A stretch of 64,000 nucleotides of DNA from Dictyostelium discoideum (GCA_000004695.1 CM000153.2:1856001-1920000); one strand, 5' to 3'. Numbered from the stretch's first letter, positions 27,623 to 39,769 are shown. The notes: generated by a model not told the origin, from the letters alone. Numbers and translations are program-made.

Positions 27623-28052
27623 AAAATCTCTTTTTTTTTTTTGTGTGTGTGTATCTGTGTGTTAAAGAACTTTGAAAAAAAAAAAATGAAAAGAAAATAA
27701 TTGTAAAAAAAAAAAAAAAAAAAAAAAAAATGAGAATGAAAAAATGGAAATATCTTGGGATTCAATTAAAAATTAAATTTATTGTAAAAACTTCAATTTT
27801 CTTTGAAATTTATTATAAAATTGATGCACCCATACCCTCCTTTTTTTTTTTTTAAAATTTTTATTTGATCAGTTTAAATTAGACTTATAGAAATAATATA
27901 TAAATAGATCTTTTATTTTTTTTATTTTTTTTTTTTTATTATTTAAATAGTATTTTATTTTTGTTTTTTTTTTTTATTTTTGTTTTTTTTTTTATTTTTA
28001 TTTTAATTATACAATTTTTGATTTTATGATTTTATTTTGAGAAATGAGAAAT

Positions 28053-29252
28053 TTAATTTGACAAAGACATTACCATAGATTTAACAACACCCATTTGAAC
28101 ACCTAATTGAGAAGCATAATCAGCTCCAGTAAATGACCACCAATCAAAACAACCTTTTGGATTTAATTCAGTTTCCAATGCTTGTGGATATAATATTATA
28201 ATATTATTTGTCTCAGCGATTTCATTGTAACCTGTTTTTGTATAAAAATTATCACCAATTGTTGCAACAGTTTGTAAACAACCATGAAAAGCAACATGAA
28301 TTGAACATACTTTATTTTTAAAAAAAAAAAAATTAATTACTTAAATAAATATTAAAATAAATAAAGAATAAAAATAAATTAATAAATAATAAAAAACTTA
28401 CAAGATTTATCATTTTTACAAGAAGTTGGAATATATGCATATGCAAAATTATTTAAACCAGCTGTGATTGTTGTATATCCAATTGGTATGAATGATGATT
28501 GATCAATTGTAATAATCTAAAAAAATATTAAGTTAGTAAAATTAAATTAAAGAAAATAATAAATAATAAATAAATAATAATAATAATAATAATAATCTTA
28601 CATTTTCAGTTAAATTATTTAAAGATGGTTGATTTAATTCACCATAAAATTGTGATAAAAAGTCCCATGGTGCATTGAAATTACAATTATTTATATAATC
28701 AGGACCTAAGTACGTACAATTATTACCAAATGAGTTTGTGATGAAAGCATGTTCTGATTGAATATCGAACATGGTTTTAATGTTATCATTATTGACATAG
28801 TTTGAATAGTATTCAACCAATTTTCTCATTACACCCGGTACAACAACTGTATCATTCATACCAGAGTATAACCAAACTTGACTATTCTTTAAATTGGATG
28901 GATCGTCAATTGTTAATGAAGTTGCTGCAAATTCAGTTGCACCAATTAATTCTGTGATGCTAATTAGTTCTGGTGCTTTCATACAATCCAATTGTGCTGT
29001 GATTACACTAGATTTTGCACACCAGTATGGTCCACCCGCTAAAATTGCCGCACCTCTTACCATTGATGAGAATGCAACATGGAATTGTACTGCCATATAA
29101 CCACCACTGCTAATACCTGATACTGTAATTTGGTCACTCGACTTTACATTATTTTTAAAAACTTTTATACATAATATTGGTGATATAAATATTAAATTTA
29201 AAATTAAAATTATTGATAATAAAATATAATTATATTTATTATTATTATTCAT
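28053..29252 (-). CDS. Secreted esterase of the PHB-depolymerase family (Esterase_phd-like), about 340 aa; exons 28602..29252, 28402..28516, 28053..28309
   Basis: Signal peptide, then GISSGGYMAVQFHVAFSSMVRGAAILAGGPYWC, and in the last exon VAFHGCLQTV..NPKGCFDWWSFTGADY, the hallmark of PHB depolymerase-type esterases. Phases 0/1 are consistent. Confidence 0.7.
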
Positions 29253-29300
29253 TTTTTTTTTTTTTATTTATTTTGTTTTGTTTTTTTTATTTTGTTTTAC

Positions 29301-29347
29301 TGACTTTTAACACAAAAAATAAAAAAAATTTTCACATTTTTTAATAT
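29301..29347. repeat. Terminal inverted repeat, left copy (TGACTTTTAACACAAAAAATAAAAAAAATTTTCACATTTTTT)
   Basis: The reverse complement of 31521..31567 matches over 47 nt with 1 mismatch. Confidence 0.6.
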
Positions 29348-29440
29348 TAAAAAAAAAAAAAAATTTCAAAAAAAAAAATAAAAAAAATAAAAAAAAAATA
29401 AAAAAAATAATTAAAACAGTTTTATTGATTGTAAATTGAT

Positions 29441-30946
29441 TTATTGTAATTCTTTTAATTCATGAAATTGAAAAATGAGGGATTCAACAAATTTATTTAT
29501 TGTTTGAATTATTTCCGGAGGTTGATTTTCTGGATTTTTACATTCTAATTCCATTTCATGATATTCACGGTGCAGAGAATATGAATTTAGTATTAAATCA
29601 AACAAACCACCTAATATAAATAATTTAGTATACGAGTGGGAAGAGCTACCTCTAATTGTAGCATAGTAACGTTTGTCTGTGATGTCTACAAGGTTGTACC
29701 AGAAAATATATTGATCATGAATCATTTGGGAACGATTCTGATGAGTACCAATAACTTTTATTTTTAAATCTTGTAGTTCCTTCTTGGAATAATTTTTGTT
29801 TTTATCATATATCCCACCATCTTGAGTGCTATCCAATGGTTCTAATATTTTTTTAATTTTGTCGTTTTTGTTAAGATTGTTGTTTTCTTTTTTGTATTTA
29901 TCATTATATATTTGAGCTATGTGTTCAGCTGATAATTTCTTCAACATTTGTTCGTTCCAAAAAGGACCACATGGTGGTTTTACAAAGTTAGTTTTATATT
30001 TGCCATTTAATATTTCCAATGTTGTCCCATGCAGTGTCTCACCAACAAAAATTAGTTCTAATTCTTTTTTTGAAAAACGAAATAAATTTCCAATAGTTGC
30101 AAATTGTTCTATATTTAGATTATTATTAATTTCCACATATGGGTTTGAATATCTTGAATATAGATTTGTTGCAATGCAATTGATATGACCAGCGGTATTT
30201 TTGGTATACTCGTACAATAGTCCTGTGCTTTCATCATAAAAAAGGAATGTTTTATGTATGGTTAATAAAGGTTTGACGAATATTTTAATTTCTTGAGGAA
30301 CAGTCACGCCACTCTTCCTTGTTGAGGATAAAATACGACATTTCAATTCATCTAAACATTCTTTATTATTTACTAATGCAAAGGCACTATCGCAACATAC
30401 GATTAAGTTATTCCTTGGATCCTCCCAATTATATTTTGAATGTAAATTATCCAAAAGGGTTTTTAATGAATTGAAAGGAGATTGACAGTTTTCTGGTGTT
30501 CTTGGACCATAACTAATTACATATGGACAATTACTAATATTCAATTTGGTTGTTAGACTATATGCTTCAATTCCGACTGAATGGGGTTTGCTATCATTAT
30601 TAATCAATATATGATCTTTAATAGCATCTTTCCCATAATATGCGTATATTGTTTCATCACAATTGAGAACGTTACCAATATTAATATATTTCAATGCACT
30701 GTTCATAAATATTTCACAATATTCTTCAAATCTATGACTTTTCATATCCAAAACATTATGTACTGCTGAATATCTATTGTGATCCATCATTTTTAAATTA
30801 ATTAATTCAGGTGGTATCTTATCATTGTTTTTATTTGAATAAATATTTTTTAAATAATCAGTTATAAATTTCCAGAATGTAATATCGGTTAAATCATTTA
30901 ATCTTGAAATATCCTTCCCTTTATCTAATTTTTTTCTCCCTCTCAT
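29441..30946 (-). CDS. PiggyBac transposase-like protein (DDE_Tnp_1_7-like), 501-aa main ORF; possible extra 5' exon(s) at about 31040-31300
   Basis: Collinear piggyBac motifs: MDHNRYSAVHNVL (cf. MSRDRFDFL), CDETIYAYYGK..DSKPHSVGIEAY (cf. IDEQLLGFRGR..NKPSKYGIKI), LIVCCDSAFALVNN (cf. ITCDNWFTS, first catalytic Asp), KCRILSSTRKSG (cf. LTIVGTVRSNK), LFYDESTG (cf. SSCDEDAS, second Asp). The third-Asp region is not recognisable and there is no C-terminal Cys-rich finger. Confidence 0.55.
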   Translation of the reverse strand: MRGRKKLDKGKDISRLNDLTDITFWKFITDYLKNIYSNKNNDKIPPELINLKMMDHNRYSAVHNVLDMKSHRFEEYCEIFMNSALKYINIGNVLNCDETIYAYYGKDAIKDHILINNDSKPHSVGIEAYSLTTKLNISNCPYVISYGPRTPENCQSPFNSLKTLLDNLHSKYNWEDPRNNLIVCCDSAFALVNNKECLDELKCRILSSTRKSGVTVPQEIKIFVKPLLTIHKTFLFYDESTGLLYEYTKNTAGHINCIATNLYSRYSNPYVEINNNLNIEQFATIGNLFRFSKKELELIFVGETLHGTTLEILNGKYKTNFVKPPCGPFWNEQMLKKLSAEHIAQIYNDKYKKENNNLNKNDKIKKILEPLDSTQDGGIYDKNKNYSKKELQDLKIKVIGTHQNRSQMIHDQYIFWYNLVDITDKRYYATIRGSSSHSYTKLFILGGLFDLILNSYSLHREYHEMELECKNPENQPPEIIQTINKFVESLIFQFHELKELQ

Positions 30947-31520
30947 GTCTAAGATTTGTATTAATTAATGAAATTAAAAATTTTGATAAATCTTCATTTA
31001 ATAACAATTTAAAAAAAAATAATTCATTATAAACCTGACCATTATTTTCACTTTCAATCTTTTCTCTATTTATTGATGATTTTCTTGGTGTAGTGTTTTC
31101 AACAATTTCGCTATAATTAATTGGTCTAACTTTATTATTAAAAATCCAAAATAATTTTTCAGCTTCCCTTTTTTAAAAAAATAAAAAATAATACAACAAA
31201 TTATATAAAAAATTGAAAATGTTATTTAATGAAAAATAAATTTAATAATTATAAATTTTAAAAAACAAAAAAGATCACAAATTAACATACTCATTTCTCA
31301 TTTTTTGATCAATTTGGGCATTTGTAATTATTGTTTTTGAAATATTACTTTCTTTGTTTATTTTTTCTGATTTTTTTGTCATTTTATTTATAGAATGGTT
31401 AAATGTTCAATAAAAAAAAAAAAAAAAAAAAAAATACACACACTTTCATTTTAATATTTGTTTTCAAAAATAAATATCTGAATTTTTATTAATTTTTTTT
31501 TTTTTTTTTAATTTTTTAAG

Positions 31521-31567
31521 GCGTAAAAAAATGTGAAAAATTTTTTTATTTTTTGTGTTAAAAGTCA
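31521..31567. repeat. Terminal inverted repeat, right copy
   Basis: AAAAAAATGTGAAAAATTTTTTTATTTTTTGTGTTAAAAGTCA is the reverse complement of the left copy. Confidence 0.6.
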
Positions 31568-32545
31568 ATAAAGAAAATTTAAATTTTCAATTAAAAAAAT
31601 AAAATAAAGTGTGATTGTAAAATAAAAATAAAAATCTCTTTTTGATTAGGAAAAAGGTAAATCACTTTTTTAATTTTTTATTTTTTTTTTTTTTATTTTT
31701 TATTAAATTCATAGGGAAAAAAAAAAAAAAAAAAAAAAGCAATCACTTTTATTAAAAAGATTTTTTTTTTTTTTTTTTTTTTTCTATCACCTTCATCCCA
31801 ACTTCCAAATTTTTTTTATTTTTTATTGTCACGTTTGGGTTCGTTTTTTTTTAATTTTTTACGGAAAATATTTTTTTCATTTTTTTTTTTTTTTTTTTTT
31901 TTGTCAATTTTCGCTCAATAAATTCTAAAATTTTTTTCATTTTTTTTTCAAACCAAATACCAACAAATTGTAAGTCTATATAATTTCAAATAATATTTTT
32001 AGTGTTTTTTTTTTTAAGTGGTTATATATTTTTTGGTGATGAAAAAAATTTGCTACTGCTGCATTTAAAGTGATGACTTTCCAATTTACATCAAGATCTC
32101 TGACAATTAATATATATCCATTAAAATTTTAAAACCAAAAATTTTATCTTTTATTTGCATATATATATTCACAATAAAAACAAATTGTTAACAATTTTTT
32201 TTTTCACAAAAATAGATTTAGGTCAAATTACGCTCTTGATTCAATTTTTTACCTTTACCATTGCTCCTTTTATTAGCTTCTGTGTCAATCTTTTAAATTT
32301 TTATAAAAATGATTTTAAATAAAATATTAGATTTATCAAAAAAAAAAAAAAATTGTATTTCATTTATTAAAATAATCTTATTTTGTTTGTTAAAATTTTA
32401 TTTGTCAAAGTTTTGGTATAAAAAATAAAAAAAAAATTTCACCCCATACAAACCCAAAACACCTTTTTTTTGACATTTATTATTTTTTTTTTTTTTTTTT
32501 TAAAAAATTTTATTTGTATACAATTTGTATTAATATTTTTTAATT

Positions 32546-34693
32546 TTATTTACTAACACCACCATATTTCATTTTTGATATTAAATGATCTTTTTTAGAT
32601 TCATTTTTTTTAATTAAACCTTCCAATTCATTTGAAAAAGCAGAATATTCACCAGATTGAAGTTCTTGTTTCTTTTTTAAATGATCTTCAATGGAACCAA
32701 CTAAAGCTTGAATTGCAGGCACAAATACTTCAATTACCCAAAATACATCTAAAATGGCAAAGAGAATAACAGTGATAATTTGACCAAAAGAGGTTGAATG
32801 ACTATTCATTACATAATGATAGAATACAGATTTCTCAAAATGTATATTGAATTGAAAAGTTGGAGAAACACTATGATACTCTGAAGCCATTAAATAAGTT
32901 GTACTATTTGAATTAAAACTAAACTCTTTATACGATTGTGAATCATAAACACATCTTTCAATCATAGGTCTAATCAAAGATAACCCATTATCGTTTGACT
33001 TTATCTTACAATCTGAAATCATAGTCATCATAGATAATATTGAAACTGTTGCACCTGGACGTAGAATTGTACCTTCCAATGGTTGAATTACACCGGTTAC
33101 ATAGGAATTACCAATATTGATTGAACTTTTATTATTATTCGTACTAATATTATAAATGATTCTTTGAGTATAGAAATAAGTATCCTCAGGTGTAATATCA
33201 AAAAAGAAATCAGTTGTATCACTATAGACTGCACCATATTCAATATTTGCAGTAATTCTACATGATTGATTACTTAAAGGTGTTAAATTTGTTGAATTGG
33301 TTGGTATATAATCAATAACTTCAAATTCAGTTTCAACTTTACAATTACCCATATAATTTTTATTTTGACATCCATTTGTTGTAAGTTTTAATTCATCTTT
33401 TGAACAAATACCATTAAATCCATACTAAAAATTATTTTAATTAGTTAAAATTTTATTAATATTAATTATTAATTATTAATTATTATTATAATAAATACTT
33501 ACTAAATCTAAAGTTATTATAATTGAACTTGAATCAACAAATTTAAGATATTCAGCATCAGAATAAATTTGACCAGGAGTTAATTGAGTTGAAGCTTGAC
33601 CAAGTGATCTTAATTCAGTTGAAATATCGGAATTAATTCTTTGAAATTGAATGATAAAGATAATCATTAGAATTAATACAACTAAAAAGTAATAGGTACA
33701 AAATGCTTCAACAGCTTTTACAGGTTTGACAGCGGTTCTCTTTCTAACGAATACACGACGTTTCATTGAATCTCTACTTGATGAGATTGAAATACGATGT
33801 TCATTTGAATTTGGTTCAAAGTAGTCTATTTCCTCTGTCATTTCTTCACCATCCCAATCATAGAAATTAATTTTCAATAATATGTCAATTACTTTCTTTT
33901 GTTTGGTTTGATGATTACGTGGCCATGGTAAACAAAGACCCAATGTTAATACTATCATACCACCCATAATAATTAAGAAATAAGGATAACATGAATTATA
34001 AAATGTAGATTCGAAATCCAATTGTTCAGATTCATCCAAGTCTGGATTGGTTTGAGATTCAGTTTCGACTGGTATGTCCACCAAAGGGTATACAGAGCCG
34101 TCTGGACAAAATTCACCTTTACCACATTTATTATTACCAAAATTTGAACATTCTGAAATTGACGATAATCCAAACACTTTATCAGTGGTATAATATCCAC
34201 CAGGACATAAACCACATAATTCAAATGAGGAATTATCAATATGAATACTGGATACAGTTTTAAATTGACCAGCATCACAAATTAAACATTTATAATAGAT
34301 TGATGACCATTCTGCACCAGCTGGACAAACACTATAGAAATTAAATCCCATTTTCTTTAATGTTGGATCTTGTGAAATCACCAATATCTCTGTACCAAAA
34401 TAACTTATACCATATTGATAATCAAAAGTTGTTATATAATTTAAATTTGGTACCATTGCTTTTGATCCACTCCTAACTGGAAAACTAGAATTATCAGTAA
34501 ATATATCATAGAAAAATACATTACCAGTAATATTCAATGTTGGATCACCAGTTGATGATACAATTAACATACTCTTACTTATTGAAATATCAACACCATA
34601 TCCAGTTGCAATATTCTCTGAAATTGAATCAAATAATCTAAATTCTGTTGCATTTGTAATTTCTTTAATTTTATTTGAAAAACAAAATAAACA

Positions 34694-34728
<35 letters not shown>

Positions 34729-35852
34729 CATTACTACTATTAACTTTATTTAATAAATTATTACTACTATCACTATCATTTGAATTTGAACTACTACTTG
34801 AACTTGAACTTGAACTACTACTACTTGAACTTGAACCATTTGGTTCATAATTTTTATAATACATATCAACTACTTCCTCTTCAGAATATCCAATTATTAC
34901 CCATTCATCATTAAATGTCATTGTAGATGGGCATGATCTTTTTAAAATAAATAAATAAATAAAAATAAATAAAAAATAAATAGGTTAATTTAATAATTTA
35001 AAAAAAAAATAAAAAATTAAAAAATTATAATTATTTACTCAGTTCTTAAAGTTGTTTGAGCTTTATAATCAGTAAGTAAAGTATTATTAACAACTTCAAT
35101 TAATACAAATGCACTATTATATTCAATTTGAATTTGAGATTTATTTGGTGACATGCAAATACCACAAAGACCTATAGCAATTTTATTTTCATAAACATCC
35201 AATGCAGTTGTGTACATTTGACCTTTACCACCTATACATGGCTTCCAAACTGGTTTTTCTAAATATAATACATTTGAACAATTATTTTTATTTTTATTTA
35301 ACTTTTTTTTTTTTTTTTTAAAAAAAAAAAATACAAATAAATAAAAAAATAATAATTAATATGGTTTTGTAAAATTAATTAAGTTTTTTTTTTTTAAGAA
35401 AAATTAAAATTAATTTACTTACATCTAAAATACAAACTGAAATTGGTGAAGATTTCTTTTTTGATGATAATAAATTATTATTACAACTTGATACAATAAA
35501 ATTTGGGCCAATAGCAATTTGAGAACCAATTGAACATTCGAAATTATCCTTTTCATCAACACCTTCTTGAATAAAAATATAATCACATTTTGTTGAATTT
35601 TCTGAATTATTTTCAACACAATCATCAATATTATATACATAGATTGAACCATTTTCAGATTCATCACCAATTGCACCAATCGTTATATTACTATCACTAC
35701 CTAATGAGGCTCTCCCTAATCCTGTACAACTACCAAATGTTTTACTTGGTTCATTAAACAGTTGAGAAACTTCATATTTATTGTTAAATGAGAATGGTCT
35801 AATTTAATTAATTTTATAATTAATAAATTATGGAAAAAATAATTATGGAAAG

Positions 35853-35933
<81 letters not shown>

Positions 35934-36124
35934 ATAATAATAATTTACAATGTTTTATTTTTTTTAGCTAATAATGTTGCAAATGCCATTTTACTATTTG
36001 GATTTGAACCAATAAGTGCATATCCATTATATTTTGAAGTATTTATTATACCATTACCAATTGACGAAATTGATAATAATAAAATAATTATTAATATTAC
36101 ATATTTATAAATAGTTTTTATCAT
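32546..36124 (-). CDS. Large signal-peptide/TM protein with FG-GAP (integrin-alpha-like) repeat and Cys-rich region, about 1030 aa; exons 35949..36124, 35423..35798, 35039..35258, 33503..34937, 32546..33424
   Basis: Exon 1 MIKTIYKYVILIIILLLSISSIG is a signal peptide. Exon 2 has TIGAIGDESENGSIYVYNIDDC (FG-GAP-like). Exon 4 has a poly-Ser/Asn tract, a Cys-rich block (CPAGAEWSSIYYKCLICDAGQF..CGLCPGGYY..CGKGEFCPDGS) and TM helices. Exon 5 runs to the stop at 32546. Junctions E1/E2, E3/E4 and E4/E5 are phase-consistent, but E2/E3 is off by one nucleotide. Confidence 0.5.
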
Positions 36125-36340
36125 TTTTCATAAAAAGAAATTATTTTTAGAAATAAATAAATATTTTAATTTATTATTTTTTTTTTTTTATATTTAATTT
36201 TTTTTTTTATTATTTTATGTTTTATTATTTATTAAAATTTTATTTATTTTTTTAATATTATCATTATAAAAATTACAGTGGAATTTTATTTTAATGGTAT
36301 CTTGATTGGAGATTAAAATGTTTCATAATTGAAATGTTAT

Positions 36341-36392
<52 letters not shown>

Positions 36393-36662
36393 AAAAATTA
36401 AAAACCCAATTGGATTTTATTTTTTTTTGGTGAAAGGTCGTCAAGTAACCTTTTTTTTTGACCTTATCAAAATTTTTCTTTTTCTTTTTCTTTTTCAAAC
36501 GTTTTAAAAAATAAATAAAAAAAAAAAATAAATTAAAATTTAATCTTCAAAGAATAAAATAATAATTTTTGTGTAGTATAGTTTTTTTTAAATATTTTTA
36601 TTTTTTTTTTTTTTTATTTATAATTCCAAAAATTAAGAAATCGGAGGGTTTTTTTGTTAAAA

Positions 36663-36890
36663 TTAAAATGTCATTGTTGAATTTGAACATGCATCAGCAT
36701 AATTTGGAACTAAAATTGAGTATGCAGTTTCAAAGAATGAATCAATTGGGCACATAACATCTTCACAACCATTTAATGTATAACTTTGACCATTAAATTT
36801 AAATTGGAGGAAATAATTATCTAAATTTAAAATTTTTTTTAAAAAAAAAAAAAAAAAAAAAAGAATTAGTAAAGTCATCAGGGAATGAAA

Positions 36891-36951
<61 letters not shown>

Positions 36952-38210
36952 CTAGATATTTTTTTTACCTTTTTCATCAGACCACAATTCAAGTTCAACA
37001 TGTGAAGCATAAGGTGGCCATTCTTTCATGAGACCAAATAAATTAGTGAATGGACCAACTGAATCATCATGACCAGAGAAAACGATATATTTGACAGAGG
37101 AAGTACCATTAACAAAAGCTCTAATATTATCGACTACCTCCTCTAAGAAAGTAGACATACCAAGACGAGCAATCATTGGGAAAGAGAGTTGATATTGGTA
37201 TTGCCAATAGGCAGCTTCATAGACTTGAGTGACCATATCTTGAGTGACACCCTCTGGTAATGGGAAATCGTGACATTGAGTTGCAAAGAATAAATCCATT
37301 AATGAACTCCAACCTGGGAATACAGAGATACCCAATGTTTCCATAACATCCTCTTTTAATTGGGTGGTGTTGGTAATGAATTCCCCCCACTCTGGTGTGG
37401 TGGTAGTATTGGCGATCAAAACAGCCAACTCTGGGCAAAGAGTTGGATTTGGTGTCATATTTTCATAATAGTTATCCATTGTATTGATATTGATAATTGG
37501 AATACCTGAACCACTTGTAACGGTGGTTGGTGGGAATAAAGCAGTTAAATGACCTTGAACCGATTGAATGGTTCTTGGTACATCGGTTGAACGAACCCAA
37601 ATGGTTGATGCTGCATCCACTGATAATTCACTTGGTAATAATTCATATTTATCAACGTAGAGTTGACGTAAACTTTGACCTAATTGTAAATGTTGTTGGA
37701 ATCCAAGTGAGGTCAATTGACCGTCTGAACAATTACCTGGGAAATATTCTCTATTTGGCATATAAACTTTTCTAAATAATCTATCAACATCTGTTGCTGC
37801 TCCTGGTACATTATTTAAACTTGATACCATTAACCATCCTAAATTACAATCCCATGTATTCATTGTTGGTTTTAATGTACTATACAATGGTGTTCTATCA
37901 CCATGTCTTGTTAAAATTTGTACCATCTTTAATGTTAATCCATCTGTATTTAAACTTGGTGTCTAAATAAAAATTATTATTATTATTAATTTATAATTTT
38001 CCATTTTTTTTTTTTTTATTTTTATTTTTTTTTAATTTTAATTTCTAGATTTATTTTTATTTGAAATTTATGGAAAAATAAAAAAATAAAAAAATAAAAA
38101 AAGATATTTACTGGTTCTGGTGCTTGGCAATAAAATGGTTTTTGGGATAAAGAAACACCCAAAATTAGTGAAACTAAAAATAATGTTATTAATGCACTTT
38201 TTTTAATCAT
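36663..38210 (-). CDS. Histidine acid phosphatase, 416 aa, secreted/lysosomal type; exons 38112..38210, 36969..37962, 36663..36820
   Basis: Signal peptide MIKKSALITLFLVSLILGVSLS, RHGDRTP active-site motif (RHGxRxP), and the downstream SGHDDSV His-Asp motif. Phases 0 and 1 are consistent and total 417 codons. Introns contain T(48) and A(49). Confidence 0.8.
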
Positions 38211-38701
38211 TTTTAATCATTTAAAAAAAAAATTTTAAAAAAATAAAAAAGTATTTTAAAAACGATTTTGATGGAAAAAAAAATAAAAAAAAATAAAAAA
38301 ATAAAAAAAAAATTAAAATTAAAAAAAAAATTAAATTAAAAAATAAAAAAAAAATAAAAAATAAAAAAATTTGATTTTTTAAAAATAAAAAAAATAAAAA
38401 AATAAAAAAAAAAATAAAAAATTGCTGTGTTATTATTTTTTATTTTTTTATTATTATTGTTTGTGTGTAAGACAAATCATCTTTTTTATTTTATGTAATT
38501 TTTAATAATAATGAATATAATAGTTATTATTATAAATAATAAAAAGGTTTAAAGATATACTTGTGTGTGTGTTTATTTGCGTTTTTAAAAATTAGTTTTC
38601 TTCATTTTTCATTTTATCCTTTTTTAGAAATTTTGTTCCTTAACCCTGAAGAGGTTTTTTTTTTTTTTTTTTTTTTTTATTTATTTTTTATTTTATTTTA
38701 T

Positions 38702-38733
<32 letters not shown>

Positions 38734-39019
38734 CTGGAAAAGTATAAATTGTGGTTTTTATTTAAATTTTTTATTTTTTTTTATTTTTTTTTTTTCAAGT
38801 TAGAGTTTTATTCAAATACATAATTACAAATAATAAATACACACACACACACCCCACAAATAATATTCAGATTAATTCAATTAATAATTTTAAAGATTTT
38901 AAATATACAAATTTAAATAAAATAATAATATTAATAAAAATAATAAAAAATAATAATAATTAATAATTAATAATTAAATAAATTAATTAAAAATTGATAA
39001 ATTAAATAAATTTAAAAAA

Positions 39020-39769
39020 ATGATTAAAGTGGCAAGTAAAGATCCGATTGTATTCAAAAATAGAAAAGATGCTGGTAAACAATTATTAAATTTTATTAAA
39101 CAAGAAGTAAAAGGATTAAATAAAGAAAATGCAGTAGTGATTGCTCTACCAAGAGGTGGGGTACCAGTTGCCTTTGAAATTAGTAGTGCACTTGATTTAC
39201 CATTAGATTTATCAATTCCACGTAAAATTGGTGCTCAAAATAATCCAGAATATGCAATTGGTGCAGTATCTGAACATGGTGAAGCTTTCATCAATAATGA
39301 ATTGTTGTCATATTCTCATTCTTCAAGAGAATATGTAAAGAATGAAATTGAAAAACAAAGATTAGAATCTCAAAGAAGACAACAAATTTATAAAAAAAAT
39401 AGAAAACCAATTGATTATAAAGAGAAAACTGTTATAATTGTTGATGGTAATTATTATTATTTATTATTATTATTTATAATTTTACTATTCTTTTACTAAC
39501 CTTTTTTAAAAAAAGATGGTATGGCAACTGGAAGTACTGCAAAATCATCAATAAATTCTGTTTTACAAGCAAAACCAAAGAAAATTATCTTAGCACTCCC
39601 AACTGCACCAATTGATTCTTTAGAAGAAATTAAAAATAGTGGAAAAGTTGATGAAATTTTATGTGTTTCAATACCAAGAATCTTTAATGCAGTAGGTTGT
39701 TTCTATGAAACCTTTGACCAAACTGATGATAGTGAAGTAATAGAATTATTAGAAAAATCATTAAATTAG
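39020..39769 (+). CDS. Bacterial-type phosphoribosyltransferase (COG1926-like, PRTase type I fold), 226 aa; exons 39020..39446 and 39516..39769
   Basis: VVIALPRGGVPVAFEISSALDLPLDLSIPRKIG..PEYAIGAV. The splice recreates the PRPP-binding motif TVIIVD|DGMATGSTAK. The C-terminal DEILCVSIPRIFNAVGCFYETFDQTDDSEVIELL matches ..FxAVGxWYxDFxQxSDEEV of bacterial predicted PRTases. Confidence 0.8.

Larger units (their letters stand above)
29301..31567 (-). mobile_element. Putative piggyBac-like DNA transposon unit (about 2.27 kb) bounded by 47-bp TIRs
   Basis: An imperfect 47-bp inverted repeat sits about 100 bp past the stop and about 140-570 bp upstream of the start of a piggyBac-transposase-like gene. 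I could not read a clean TTAA or other TSD at the outer edges. Confidence 0.45.

Noticed and set aside
29919-30769. Plus-strand ORFs 29919..30188 and 30581..30769
   Set aside because: Antisense to the piggyBac-like transposase ORF.
33973-34278. 101-aa minus ORF
   Set aside because: Alternative frame inside exon 4 of the FG-GAP/Cys-rich gene.
35425-35679. 84-aa minus ORF (MVQLVMNLKMVQ..)
   Set aside because: This is the wrong frame of a real exon. The +1 frame carries the FG-GAP-like IGAIGDESENGSIYVY sequence, is open for about 125 codons, and splices consistently with exon 1.
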